NCBI RefSeq assembly: GCF_009914755.1
Contig: NC_060933.1
Direction: 5' to 3' (one strand)
Length of the DNA: 64,000 nt
Origin: the human T2T-CHM13v2.0 reference genome, Homo sapiens
In this document: positions 14,693 through 29,999 of the stretch, piece by piece
Layout: every line of letters begins with the position of its first letter
Position numbering within the stretch: the stretch's first letter is position 1
Notes under the pieces: model-generated
Database searches by the model: none
Told to the model about the DNA's origin: nothing
The model's input: only the letters and a program-made list of their open reading frames with translations
Translations under genes and position numbers: made by a program

Positions 14693-17600
14693 GATATAAA
14701 GAAAAGTGTGATTGCTTCCTTTATTTAAAAATAAAAAGATAACAATACTAACATACCTCAACTTTAAAAAGCAATTTTAATAATTATATTCACATTTTTT
14801 ACACTTCCAGCAAAATGTCATCACCACCAATCATCATCTTTTCATTGGAAGATATTTTCTATATATATGTAAATATTAAAATCTAAATTTCTTAATCGTG
14901 AGGATTAAAGGTGCAACTAAATTATTCACATAACCTACCACCGAGCAATCTTGTAAGCATAATAAACATCACAATATATTATCCTATTATGAAAAAAGAA
15001 AATAACATTATGATACAAGATTTTATAGTTAATTTGTTTGAGATTACATTTCTTTTTTATTTTTAAAGGAAGCTAAAGATCATAGAGCAAGGAACTTAAT
15101 AACTTTTGTGAAATAATTCTCTTAACTACATTACAGAAAAATATTATTACATTATACCAGCTATCAAGACCTTGCAGAAATAAAAATGAAGACTTGATAA
15201 ACAATCCATTTTGATTGCAATTCAATACATCCCTCAATCACTGTTCCAAAGCCCACTATCTTATCTAGGCCTCCTGAGTAGGGACAATGTCTCCACATTT
15301 TGGATGATATTATCAAGTTTTGAAAATACAACCAAAGCGATGCTAATTTCTGATTTTTCTCAATGCAAAAGAATGAAACTCCTGTAAAGCATTAGTGTGA
15401 ATTTTCCAGAATTTAACACATTGTGATATAATTTTAGTTGTTCTTATAATAAAGAAAATGTCAGAGTCTCAGAGACTGATTTGGGTGCTGTATACCCTGA
15501 AGTCGTCTAATCCTACCATTTGGGCACCAGTCCATAATACTTTAAATGCCAGAGAAGCGTATTCATCTGTATTTAACCCACTGGCTATTATTTCAATCAC
15601 CCAGTCACTGCAGCTGACTGCACCACTTATGACCCCTGCTGTGCTCATCTCCACAGGGGATAGGCAAAAAATTGGGTATGATGGGATGCCATTGTGAGCT
15701 GGCATTAGAGTTTTGCCTTTCCCAATGCTGAACACTGTAACTGATTAGGCAGAAAGGCACGGAGGAGCATTTGGACAGGAAGGGAAATGCCTTGTTACCT
15801 CTTAGTGCACACTTGAGTGGGTCTCGCAGACCTCTCTTTGTCCTCGTGTCTGAGTTGCCTTTCCCTCTATAGTTGATAATGGACAAAAAGTACTGCCCTG
15901 TGTGCTGTGTTTTTAAAATATCAAAATTTAGTAATTGAGAAAATAATTTATGGAGAAAACAGAAAAAAAATAAACGAGGTGGACAAAACCTCAGTGACTT
16001 TAGTAGGTTCCCATTGTTCTTGCTATAATTTTGAGTACTGAGAATTTGGTTTTAAGAGACCCTACTAGCAATTTATTTTTTCTCTTTTGCATTTCCACAT
16101 CTATGAAGTCAAGTTGGGCCTCTTGAGACTTTTGTTCTATACGGTCATGACTGTTTTAAGCAACTTTATTATGAAGGTAAAACAGAGTAGCAGTATGGTT
16201 ATATCCTCCCACGTAGATGCCTAGGGTGAGCACATTTTCCCTTGGGTTTCCCTGGGATGTGGAAGCATATTCCTTCTATAATAGCATCTTGAGCTGTTAA
16301 AGCCCACTGGAGAACTGTTCTCCGGAGATACAAGGAATGTGAAAACTAGGGGAGTGAAGTCAGGAAAAGATGACTACATAGCATTAGAGCCTGAATGGAA
16401 GAGAGGCGAGAATTTAAATGTCTCAGGAGGAGCCACAACGCAAAGAGAAGAGAAAAACTTCAATAAAAGAGCATTTGGGGAAATGTAAACTGACTGATCA
16501 TTTGGGAAATCAGTTTGGGGCAAGCTTCTCACACTGTTTAGGAGGCAGAACCGTGCCTATTGCCAGTCTTATCATACAGTCTAATAAACAGATTCCTGCC
16601 CTGCATCATAAAGAACGCAGAAGTAAGTGCAACCCTCCAAGTTAGACCAAATCCAGCTTAGTCTGAACCCTACCTGTTCCCCAGGTGCTATCTGACTTGT
16701 ACTTGGAAGTACTATATAATCTTTCATTCACTGTTCTCTCTAATCCTAGAGAGCATCTGTGCATTATTTGTAAAGAGAGTTTTCAAAAAGACTTAAGGAT
16801 TTAGTCCTGCATCTTGAATTTTAAAATACTAGAAGTTGCAAATCAAATGAGAAAAGGAAATGACAAAATATCAAAATGTCCCTTTCCATTTCCTATTAAC
16901 TACAAAATCTAACTAACCCACGTAACACACACCCACCCTTAAATGCTCTTCCTTTATCTCTTCAAACAGTCAGCTTTTTATCATCCTTTGAGACTCAATT
17001 TAAATGTCAAGGCCACCAGTCAATAGCATCTGGCTTGGTTTTTCTCTCTAAAATTTCTTTATTTCTTTCATAACTACTATCATTTGTTAGTTGCCTATCT
17101 GCTATTTAAATGCAACTTCAGTGAAATAAGAACCATATTTATCACAGACCCTAGCACACAGACAACAGGTCATAAATATTTCTTATGTAATTAATATATT
17201 TAGACCAGAAAAATATATTTTGTAGCTCCTCTTGATAGGCCATATTTCTAAGGGGAGTAACTCTTAGCTCTAACAAACAATATCAGATACAAGTTACCCT
17301 TGTACTTTGTACATATGTATCTTTACGTTCATAAAACACATTAATTCCTTCTTTTATAAATGAGACTCATTTTTTGAGCACCTGTAATGTAACAAATGTT
17401 GTTTTAGATTTTCAGAGCAACAAAAATGAATATGGCATGGACCCTGGCAGGAGGAACCCACAATGTTGAACATCATGGTTGTGATACTAGACTTCATGCA
17501 ACTTGCCCAGTCCTTTTATTACTCTGTGCCATTTTACATGCTGTTTCTATTTCCTGGAATGCCTTGGTAGCTTCTTTCTCAGCTTGAAATACCTTCCTCA

Positions 17601-19144
17601 TTCTCCAAAATTTACTGAATGGTGATGATATATGCTGCGTTTTAAACATACACACAGAGAAAAAAACACAGGTTTTTTTTACAACTGCCATCTAGAACCA
17701 TGGTCTTGTTACAATAAAGAAAAACCATGCTGAAAATATTGACAGTGCAACTTCTCTAAAATAATGTGTCTTTGAATTCCTGATGCAAACACAGGAAGCC
17801 TCAAAGATGTTAGGCAAACTGAGATTTAGATTACTATGCTTTGAAATTAGATGGTGCTTGGGGATGGCAGGTTAGAAATAGCTAGAAAACTACTTTATGC
17901 TGTGAGCCTAACTGAAAGAAATTTATCATTTCAGAAGTGTAGAATATCAGCAATTAAGAGTTTCTGCCTTAAAAAGTATGTAAACGTTTAGATTCTAGAT
18001 GCTGTTTCCTTAGTAAGAACAGTGCTGAAAAGAACACTACCAAAGAAGCTTTAACCCTTAAAATACAGTCTTGTGTGTGCTTTCCCCATAGAGTTTAACG
18101 CAATCCTGCCTTTTCTAGAAAGAGATTAAAGAAAAATAGCATAACCAATTTTAAATAGAGAATCAAACAAAATTCCTGACACATGCAAAAACTCATAAAT
18201 TAAAGTTTAGTAGATAATATCGTAGAAATACCATTATATTTATCAAATACCCTTAAAAGCTTTGTGTATTGCCAAAATGGCATACAATACTGAAAATCAT
18301 AAATGTAATTTACCACATTTCAGGGAACTCTGTGATATACTGTCCACAATTTTTAATAGCTTTTATAGACAACTATAACATATTTTGGAAATAGAACAAG
18401 AGCAGCCCAGGATCTTTTTCTGTCAACCACTAATTTACCAGAAGACAAACTTTCTGGAACTTGTTGTCAGCTCCAGAATGAGGATGATTTTCTCTTTTCT
18501 TCTCTTTTATTTTGAGGATTACAATTACCTGTGAGTGCTTTAAAAATGTGTAGAAGGTTTGCACATTTCTATGCCACACTACACAGTCACCTTCAAATAC
18601 CTAGAAAATATGACTGTTTTCTAACAATATTTCATCTGTTTTTCCTTCTCTAAAAAGTACATACTACAGATGATAAAATTGCTGAATATACCTCATGAAT
18701 AAATTTTACTAAAATTTTCAAGAGTGTGAAAACATATGACATGAGTACCTAGCCAATCAATTACAGTACCTGCCACAATTTAGCCCTCACACTTCACCAC
18801 ATGGCCACAGATTTAAAAGAGAGCAAGCATCATCAGCTAAGCGGACCATGGTAAACTTCCCCTCAAAAGATCTTCATTACAGATAAACCCTTCTTTATTC
18901 AGCCATGGGGCAGAGTGTGTTTTCCAAGTTGGCAATTCCTAATGATTTGATCATGTACTAATTTATCATTCAGAATCCAGTCTCTAGTCAAGGTCCTTCA
19001 TCAGGAGTCTGGGACTCCTCACCTGCCTTCCCCAATCCTCCAGCCACTGCATATTGAGTCATTCAAGGCCTTCCAAAGAGCCATGCTCCACTCCAAGAGT
19101 AGGGAGTTTTGTTACTGTCCTTCCTACAAACTCTTTCTTCTATC

Positions 19145-19484
<340 letters not shown>

Positions 19485-19829
19485 CTCTTCTATCTTTTAA
19501 GCAACCACAAAACAATTCCTTTGGTTGCCCATGTGAGGGAAAATTCTCTTCATCTTTAGATTTCTCCATCTGTAATAGAATGACTTATTCAAATGGTATT
19601 TATTTTCTGCTGTCCTGTAAATTCCTTGAGGGCAGATATAGGTCACTTTTTTTTTCATTTCTATAATGTATTGCCTATTGTTTTTAACATGACAATACTG
19701 AATAAAGCTTTCTTAACAAATACACATCTGAGTTTTTATCTCTTCTCCAGAGCACTATTTAGGAGGGAGGTAGTGAACTATGTACCTTCCTGGTCTAGAC
19801 ATGGGCTTTTTATTCTTCTCTGACTTAAT

Positions 19830-20470
19830 GTCTATGGTAATTGCTCCCACCCTGCACCAACGCCTCAAGTCCATTTCCATACAGAAGCCAGACTGATCTT
19901 ATGAGAGCATATATTAGAGCATTTCCTTTCCCTGATTAAATTTCTCCAGTGATTTTCCACAGGCACTTAAAATTAAATTCAAATTCCCTCTTCTGGCCTT
20001 GGTGATCTTGTCTTGTACATGTCTTCATCCTCCCCTGATACTTCTCTTCTTCCTGCTCACTGCATCTCAGCCACAATGGTCTTCTTTATGGTCTTGGAAC
20101 ATCCAGGTAATTTCCAAATTAGTACATTGAATTTACCATCCTCTCAGCCTGCAACTCTGTGCTTCTGTATCTTCACAGGGCTAGTTTAGCTCACTGATAC
20201 TTCCTCTAAAAGCCTTCTCTGAGTATGGTGTCCAAAGTAGCTGCCCAAGATGCTCTCTGTCACATCACCTACTTTATGTTCTTAACAGCTCTTACAATTT
20301 TCTGAAATTTTTCAAGGCATAGATTTATTACCTGTCTTCCCCACTGTGTTAATCCCATGAGATTAGGAATCCCATCTGTTTTATTTCCCACAATATCCTT
20401 AGTACTTAAAACAGTGTCTGGCATATAGTAGGCACTCAATACATGATTACTGAATAAATAAATGAATGAA
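19830..20470 (+). mobile_element. L2a 3' portion
   Basis: Ends 'acagtgtctggcatatagtaggcactcaatac...gaataaataaatgaatgaa', the canonical L2a tail. Confidence 0.85.
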
Positions 20471-22019
20471 ACTGGTTTTTGCCTCCACACTTCAAACAAT
20501 TACTTTTTAATTTTCTTTTACAATTTTATTCTCAAAACTAGCTCTATTTTATATTCTAAGGGTAATCCCAAAATACTACATACAGAAATCATGGCTTAGT
20601 CATCTTCGAATTTATTCAGTCTAGCATGTGTCAGGCACATAGTTGGTGCTCAGTATTTATAAAATTCCTTATGTATATAATCATTTATTCTCATATGTGC
20701 TCAGGAGTTATATGTATAGATGTACCCAAATGCAAACTCCAATTTATGAATATATTTTATTATTGAAGTTCATTTTTCACTTTGTTCATTTGGTTAGAAA
20801 AATATGTTTTCTGAGTTTTAATTTTGTAGAGGAGAAGTTCTACTCACAGATTAACTGATAATCTATTTAGCCTATCACCTTCTGAACTCCACAACCTAAC
20901 AGTTTCTTATAAAATTCTTATTAACTCTGACCCCAGCTTGTTTTGGTAAAGAAAATCTACAGTACTGATTTATTTAGGTCATCTACCCTTTCCTTCTTCT
21001 TTGGGCTTATTTGTGAGTATAATTAAAATTATTTCTTAAATAGCTACCCATCTTTCTAAATCAAATCAATTTTTGGAATTACTGCACATATTCACACACA
21101 AATACACACATTTTTTCTTCATTGTTCTTGCTTTGGTTTGTTTCGTCTATAATTTACAATTTCATTTGCTAATGATATGAATAAATTCTTCGGCTATACT
21201 CACTATTTTTCCTTTACTATCATGAAATTAATTAAGATAACTTAGTCACTTTGTCCCGAGTCTCTTATCACTTTTCATATTAATAATTAGTTCTCTCTAT
21301 GGTCAGGATTAATTCCAGACTCTGCATTCCTCAAATTGTTGTCTTCATTTTCTGATTGACAAAATAATCCAAGGCAATTGAAAAGTATTTTTTAAATCTC
21401 TTTTACAAATTTGAGACTGTTAACAAGTGTCCAAGTATGGGAGGTCCTCTATTCAAAAACCTTCCATTGCTTCTTCCACTCCTGGAATCTGGTTTAGGAA
21501 AGTCTTAATCACAACCCATTCTGCCTGAAGCAATTAAAACTATATGTCTGTTCTAGACAGGAATCCCTTGATTCTAAGGAATAAAAGACTTTCCAAATGA
21601 GATCAAGTGAGGGGACTCAAAAAGGATGCAGTGGACTATCACAAAGAATCAGGCCATGCAGCAGGAAGACCTGGAGCAACTAAGAAGCAAAGCACTTTGG
21701 TTCAAATTCTACCCCTACCATTTATAAAATCGGTAAATCTGAGCAGCCGCTCTTCTCAATAGAAAACATTTCTAGCATTCTATAGAAACACACTTGTTTT
21801 ATTTTATAAATACCAAATTATAACAACCTTGTAGATTATGAACCTTAGTAGTCCATAAAAATCATGCCTATGAAATGTCAATATTTCGAAGCTTATAAAA
21901 AGTCAAAGAAAGGACTCAACTTTAAAAATTCTATTCTAGGCTATTAGAGAATCCTAGTAGCCCACCAAAGAATCCTGGACCCTACTTTGAGAAACACTTT
22001 CCTCCAAAAAGAAAGAAAT

Positions 22020-22290
22020 CTCAGTGGTTAAGAGCATAGGACCTGGAGTCGGAAAAGCTTGCATTTAAGTCTGTAGTCTAGCAAAAATGTTCTGTATAAA
22101 TTTAGGCAAGGTATTTTAACATCTCTTTATAGAGAGAAATATAAAGCATGAAGCAGAAATATGTTTATGTACTTCCTCATTCATAAAGTGAGAATTACAG
22201 AATTCACCTCCTAGATTTATTATGAGCAATAAATAAAATGATATCTGAGGTTAGTGAAATGATGTCCTAGAGTATTAGCTATTACTTCCA
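22020..22290 (+). mobile_element. MIR
   Basis: 'cagtggttaagagcataggacctggagtc' head and degenerate core. Confidence 0.75.
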
Positions 22291-22293
22291 TTG

Positions 22294-22296
<3 letters not shown>

Positions 22297-22325
<29 letters not shown>
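22297..22325. repeat. (AC)14 microsatellite
   Basis: Read directly from the sequence. Confidence 0.97.
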
Positions 22326-22329
<4 letters not shown>

Positions 22330-23721
22330 TCAACAGAACTTCTCACCTCTTGAAGATTGATAATGTACCCAATAACCACCTTTCTGCCTTTTTATCTGGA
22401 TACTTTTTTCTCCTTCTGAATCAACATTATCTCACTGAGACTGTAAGATAACCAAGAACAGAGATTACATCTCAAAATTTGCCTGAAACATCTAAACAAC
22501 TGGATTAAAACTTTTGGGTAATGTTATTACTGTAAAGTAGGAGAGATGGCTATAAAATTACCTAATCTATAATTAATCCTATTTTTCTTCTGGATCCATC
22601 TTTTTTTGAAGTCCATAAAATTCAGTAGAGTTCACCTCATAACACTGTTAGAAAGAATACGTCTTGTAATAATTGTTTCCTAGGTTGGAAAATCACATAG
22701 AATAAACTGACAACAACTTGTCCAATAATAAAACAATTTTCTTTTAAAGCAAACTCATTTTTTTCCAGTCTGATTGATGCTTTCTTATTGAGCCTAGATA
22801 TGAGTTTGTTAAAAAGTTCTATAAATCTTTAGCATTCAAATTCTATTCTTTTAAATTTCAGACGCAGGATAAATGTTGAGAAAAGCACACCTATAGCTAA
22901 CACCTCCTGCCCAAGACTCTTAAGACAAGTCACTTCATGCTAAATCTGAGCATACAAATTGGAAGGATACTGCTAAAGCTGCAGAAGGACATGAACAGAC
23001 ACCCCAAAGAATTGAAAGTTTTTAGAGTTTTAAGATTGTGAATTATGAAGATTAGCCTGGATTCAACCTTCCTATCTTAGAGATGAGAAGATTAAGCAAG
23101 ATCTCTCTGGTTCAATGATAGGCCTTTTCAAATCTTCTAAGGCAGAAAACAGATTGAGTCCAATGAGTTGTTTGAGCTACTGTAGACAGAAAATAATTCA
23201 AAAGTCACTGACTAAAGTTGATAAGGGACCAGACCCCAGGCAATCAAGACTACATTTTCTACAGGAAAGATTGCTAGATTCTAATACTGAAGTAATAAAA
23301 AGATTATATTGGAACAGTTTGGATTGGGGATGATAAATATTTTATGATTTTAGAGGACGAATTTGAAAATCAACAGATACAAAGCTAGTAATTATCACAT
23401 GCAGATCCAGATACCAAGTACATATTCATTCACAGTTGCATTAATGAGCAACTTGCCCTGATCCCAGGCTCTGAGGAATAAAGTAGTGAACAAGACAGTT
23501 ATTCTTACAAAATCAATGAGAAGCAAGCATTACGAGTTCATCTAAACAATTTGATTAAAACTCTTTTCTGAACTTCAGAAAGATTAAAAAAGTCCACAGT
23601 AACACAGTAAATGAGAAAACAGACTTCCAACTCTAAACTGAGTGTTCTTCCCTTTGCATAATGCTTGTTCAAACAGTAGGTTGCCCTGAAATATAAATAG
23701 CCTCTATCCCTATTACTCTCG

Positions 23722-23950
23722 CTGGTTGAGTACAGCCTCTGAAGTCAGATGGTCTGTGTACAAATCCCACTACTACCTAGTAACCTTAGAGAACCGAGAG
23801 TGAGATCTCTTAGTATCTCACATGCCTCATCTGAAAAATGAGAGTGATAACAGTATAAATTTCATAGAGATGTCATGAGGGTTACAAGTTCTCAAAACAG
23901 TGCCTGCATACTATACACTTTTGATAAATATCAAACATTATTATTATTAA
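23722..23950 (+). mobile_element. MIR
   Basis: 'gcctctgaagtcagatggtctgtgtacaaatccc' and core 'cctcatctgaaaaatgagagtgataacagta'. Confidence 0.8.
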
Positions 23951-24208
23951 TACTATGTATACATATATACACGTACATATGTGCATACATTTAATTTTAT
24001 TTTGTGAACTGAAATCTACTTTGCAAGTAAAAGTCTGATAAATGTTAGTGATCTGTTTTACCATCTCTGAAAATGTACCACAATCATAATAAAATACACT
24101 AGTTTGGATCAATAATAAAGTCTTCCTATCTAAATGGTTTAAATTCATAAACATTGGCAAAGTTTTGGAAATGAAGTCCACAGACCCAGATTTTTAAAAT
24201 AAGACATT

Positions 24209-24749
24209 TATTATAGTTGCACATAGGAAAAGTGGGAGAAGCACACACAGGACCTCCATGTTGCAACTGTGAAAATGGTGCCCTGTGAAAATGGTGCTCT
24301 ATGGAGGTGTGCAGCCGACAGCCAGCCAAGCTGTTCCTAATGGCTCCAAGCACACAGAAATGACTCATCCCCAGTTGTCCTAGTAAATGTAATAAATAGC
24401 CTGAATTCATTTTTGATGTTTGGCTATTGACAGCTTTCAACATTCCCACCCTCTTCCTCTTTCTCCTTGGCACTAGCAGGGACTTCAAACTGCACTCACC
24501 CTATCCCCACTACCTAACCACTATAAAAGCCCCAAACTGCAATGCATTTCTTATTATTTCTTATTCATTCAATCTATTTTGGGATCTACTTGGGAAATTT
24601 GTCCCGCTCTTCTCAGAAACCCTCATTATGTGGGTAATAAACCTTTTAATATGCTATTGGTATGGGTGTGGTGTCCTCAGTCTTGATATCAAAACCAAAT
24701 TTTGGATTGGGTAGGAAGGTACATCGAGCTTCTGAAAGGCACTACAACA
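24209..24749 (+). mobile_element. Solo ERVL LTR, MER74-like
   Basis: TATAAAA at 24522 and AATAAA at 24636. 3' part 'cagaaaccctcattatgtgggtaataaacctttt...aaccaaattttgg...caaca' matches MER74 as I recall it. Confidence 0.8.
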
Positions 24750-25069
24750 GTATCTTAAAGGTCAAAACCATTCCTTTAGTTATTCTTTGCAAAACTAGCT
24801 CAGTGATTCAGGTAAGTAATTTAAGGGAATCTTTAAAAGAACTTTATTTCCTTAGAGTTAAGGGTCTCTTTATTCAATAATTATTTTTATAGCATTTTCT
24901 AAGACCCTGCTTTTCATTTTTCTGTGGTCACCTCTTCTTAGGAACATGATATATTTCGCCTTTAGGGTGGGAACTTTGGAGAGAGGAATCTTGGGGACAC
25001 AATGAGAGTTGAAGACAGAGATTTCCTAGGACACAAGGGCACCTGGACAAGGGAATGCTGACACAGATG

Positions 25070-25192
25070 AAAATATTTTCTAGTTTTCCCATGACAATTT
25101 CAGATTACCTGTTAACCACAGCATCACTATTTATAGTAGCCCCTTTTTACTCTCAAAAGTACCCCGACTGGATGATAGTTTATATGTAATCT
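25070..25192 (-). mobile_element. MER94-like hAT-Blackjack MITE
   Basis: 'gcccctttttactctcaaaagtaccccgactggatgatagtttatatg'. Confidence 0.6.
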
Positions 25193-26359
25193 GATACAGC
25201 CTTTGTCAAATGCGTCTTGAGACACACTGTGGACCATGGTACATCTACAGAGGAGGGAAGAGTAGAGTCTTCATCAGAGATATCCTAAGAACTCTGAGAA
25301 GTTATAACAATTGATGAAATACCTGTATTTCTCAAGAAATTTAGAATACAGAAAGAGATGGGTATGTAATTATTGTAATGGTACTCTGACAGTTGCTATA
25401 ATTGATAGTGATATGGCAATAAAAATGCATATGAGTTCAAGAAGTATCTTTTTGGATAGGTTACACATATAAACAGGAGATCTGGAGTTGAGAGACATTC
25501 CAATTTCTGCTCCATTGCTTTCTAATTCTGTGGCTTGAGTAATCATGTATCTGCAAATCTTAGCTCTGAAACAGAGATAGTTAGTCCTGGTTTTCAAAAC
25601 TGTTCTAAGGTCTAAAAAATCTAACATAGGTAAAGGTCATTATAGAACACCTGGCATATAAAAGGCACTATATAAATTACAGCTATTGCATATTATTATA
25701 ATGACACCATCGCCACCCCCACTATTGTTATTGTTGTTATTATTATTTATGTCAACATTATCCAGGTTACCAAGTTCTTCCAAGTATTCTTCTGTGCTTG
25801 ATTTAGCTTGTTGGGACTATAAATTGAAACTATACTTCTGAAAGGTAATTTGTCAAAACATATAAAATCTTTAAAATGTGTATATATTTTGAACGAACAT
25901 TTGTATTTATAGAAATTCATCCTTAGAGAAAATTATTTTCATACATAAAGAATCAATAAGGTTTAGTAACTTGGAACATAGACTTTGGGTCACATAGTAC
26001 AGAAGTTAAATATCACACTTACTGTGAAGTTACAGAAAATCTTTAGTACTTAGTCATTTCCTTTTTAAGACAGAAACAATTATCTAAATCATGGGACTAT
26101 CAGGAGGATATAATAAAATTATTGAAACAAAGAGTAGTGTATGGACTTTAATAAGTGTTCATCAAGTGTCATTTTTATTAGATATAACAATATTCATTTC
26201 AAAATTATTTATAATCATGAATAATTTAAAAGTTAGTTCAACTATGTTATAATAAAGGGAATGATTAAAGTTATACATATAATTAGAGTGTTTTAATGTA
26301 ACAATGGAGCATTTTAAAATAATATGAAGTGTATGATTATTCTTATTTTTAAGTAAAAC

Positions 26360-26662
<303 letters not shown>

Positions 26663-28437
26663 AAGTAACTTTTAAGTAAAACAGTTTGAGTATAAAAATT
26701 TAAGAGTAGCTATTTATCTTCAGTTTGATTATATATGATTATTTATTCTTGCTTTCCCTATGCTTCAAAAAGTCTTAAGAAATATGACTTACCTTTATAA
26801 TCACAAAAAGTTTAAAGTTATAAAATGAAGGAAATCCCCCAAAAAGTATACTTACTTCTCTACAATCTTTTGATTGCTTTTTAATTACTTCATAAAGCAT
26901 TTTAGTACAGACAAAGCAAAAGTTACCATCAGTCTAGGTCAAATATTTAAAATAATGCAGAATCTCTCAGTTCAACCCAAATTCATTATACTTATGAAGA
27001 TTCTCTCTCTGAATTCTATTTGGCACCCTATCAGTGATTCTACAGTTAACAAAACAGGTGCAACATTAATGAGAGCAAGGTAGAAAGCCTCCCAAGCAGA
27101 AATAAAAGTGTTTTGACATTATCAAGTGGTTTGGCTGTGTAAAATTGCAAAGCAATGTAGATTACAATTCTATTTGAGACATAAGAATACTGTCTTGTCT
27201 ACTAACTACAAAAAAATTGATGGAATTTGAGAGAATAAAATAATAAATTCTTGTTATTTCTGAGATAGAGAACAGCAAAAAAAAAAGAAGAAGATGACGA
27301 AGAAAACTCATCCAAAACCTTAGCCAGAATTGCTACAAATAACAGCTTATTTTTAACCCATGGAAAATGCAGACTAAATTTATAAAGGCAGTTTAAACAC
27401 AAATATAGAACTCTGCAAAAGAGAATATGCATTTAATGGAGATAAAACATTTCTATTCAGAATAGGTTTTTATAATCTGCCATCAACAGTCACACCTTAG
27501 ACTCTGGGATCACTCTCACCCACTGTCATAGAAAGGCAGAGAAGAAACAATAGCTTTACATATCCCATATCCCTCACAGTAATGGATCATAGATAAATAT
27601 GGAAATAACTACTTTGCGGGATGTTTTCACAACGGCTTCAAATTCTAGATCATGTGTTTGTTGCTATCACTTATCATATAATCCTTCTAAGGGTACCATT
27701 TAAGAATTTTAAAAACAATAGTAATAAAGGAAAAAAAGTACTCCACTGACAAACTTCAGTGTGCCACAAACAACAAGAAATGTGACTTTACAAATGCGTA
27801 TTCATTCGGTCAGTCTTATACTTCCTCCATCAATTTAATTTCTTTTCACTATACGTGTCAGTAGTGGACCATAAAACAACAGACTTTGCATGAAATTTTA
27901 GTTCTTTACTCAAAAAATTTCATCTTTCTATATCTTCCAGAACTTTTATAATTTCATGCAATATGGCTCAAATACCCCCTTCCCATGACAAAGTCATTTG
28001 GCTAAGGGTCACATTAGAGTTGAAGATTTGCCCTGAAGCATACTCAGCCTAAAAGAGCACAACATCAAACAAGGTGTTGTCCTCATGAATTCCATGTGAG
28101 ACTATTTCATAGAGTTGGGTACCACACCAATGCCCTGAACTCAGAAGACATCCTCTGGTATAGAATTCTACGTGTCACATTACCAACTCATATGATTTTC
28201 TCTTTTAGTAAAAACAACTAGGTGCGATCAACAGTTTGGCAGGTCTATCCATAGTAATTACTGCTATTACTAAAATTGCACTTGTCTCTTTTGCTCATAT
28301 GACAATCAATAGGGCCAAAGAATTGTGGTTATAGTTGGGAGAAATCTCTTAAACTACTTAGTCCAAAATTACTTAGCCCACCTCCTCCATTCTGAAGATA
28401 ATAAAACTAAGAAGATAAATAACTTGTCCACATCTAA

Positions 28438-28789
<352 letters not shown>

Positions 28790-29193
28790 TTATATCGTTT
28801 AATGCTGTATCTCTTATCCCAACAACTGGATCCAAAGTTAATTTGAGTTTATGCTGTAAAAAAAATATTTATTCATACCACCTAAGCAAGAAGGAGAGTA
28901 TTATTCAAAAACCAGATACTCAACAATTCTATTAAAGGTTGAATAAAAGAATGGATGCCTTCCTGTGCTATTGCAAAATAGTACCTTGTCTATGTATTCT
29001 ATAACATATTCTAAATGAATAAAAACATTTATTCTAAAGTTTAACAAAGCTTCACAGAAGAATCACTAAAACTCCAAAATGTCATTTTCATCCTCAACTC
29101 AGGAAAATAGTAGAGGAAATGTTTTCTACACATTAGCAATTTTTAGTGGCAGTTTCTCTGCATAAAATATAGCAGATAAAAATACAACTCCCC

Positions 29194-29238
29194 AACACAC
29201 ACGAACGCACACACACACACACACACACTCACATACAC
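29194..29238. repeat. Imperfect (CA)n microsatellite
   Basis: Read directly from the sequence. Confidence 0.9.
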
Positions 29239-29999
29239 TCTCAAGTTTTACAATCATAAGAGGTAAAAGGATTCAGATACAGTTTGAGGAAACCAAGTAG
29301 TTACTGCCTACAAGGAAAATCTGGTGTCATGACTCAAAGACTACATTCTAGTCCATGGCCCCCTCTACACACACAGTATTCCACATAATGGAGCTTTCTG
29401 AGAGTAACCTGAAATATCCATTTGTGGTCAGCACATGATAAATCAGGAATCATCAATTCTATAATATTTTCACTTTTGATTAGACCGTGTTGACTTGAAG
29501 TTGGGTGGTCAATATTTGTCAATGAAAGACCAAAAATAAAAGATTTATGTAGAGTTAACTGTGCCCAGTGGGTTTAAAATAGATGAATGCCCCAGAGAGT
29601 TTATTGGAGTTGACCAGTTGGAATCACAGCCACCACAGAAAGCTAACACAGGTCTAACTCAGAATAGAAATAAAAAATCATCACTGGTATCCATGTGGAA
29701 GAATACAATTGATTGTGTAATAATCATTTCCTCTAACAGGGCTCCATACTCAAGATTTAATCAATAAAGTTCAGGTCCCTACTGATTCCAACTTTTCACA
29801 ATTGAAAAAAAGCATATAAAAATATAGATGAGTGATATACAAAATTTACTAATGATTATCATCAAAATCAATTTATTAGTGTCTCATGAGAATATTTTAA
29901 AATCGGCTTTAGAAGCAAGCACTTGGCCTTAAAAAACAAAGATTTTTCCAAATATTTCTGTGTAGTAATATAAATCAATGTCTTTGTAGTTTATCCTCA

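Noticed and set aside
18441-18536. Possible exon ending at CCT|GTGAGT
   Set aside because: Acceptors are weak (short tract, or GAG), the donor's exonic bases are poor, and the peptide is unrecognisable.
26787-26795. Perfect minus-strand donor AAG|GTAAGT
   Set aside because: Appears to sit in a decayed L1ME-type 3' end with no plausible upstream acceptor or exon.
29334-29522. Minus-strand ORF TNIDHPTSSQHG... as a host exon
   Set aside because: No AG after the pyrimidine tract, weak GTTACT donor, no recognisable domain.
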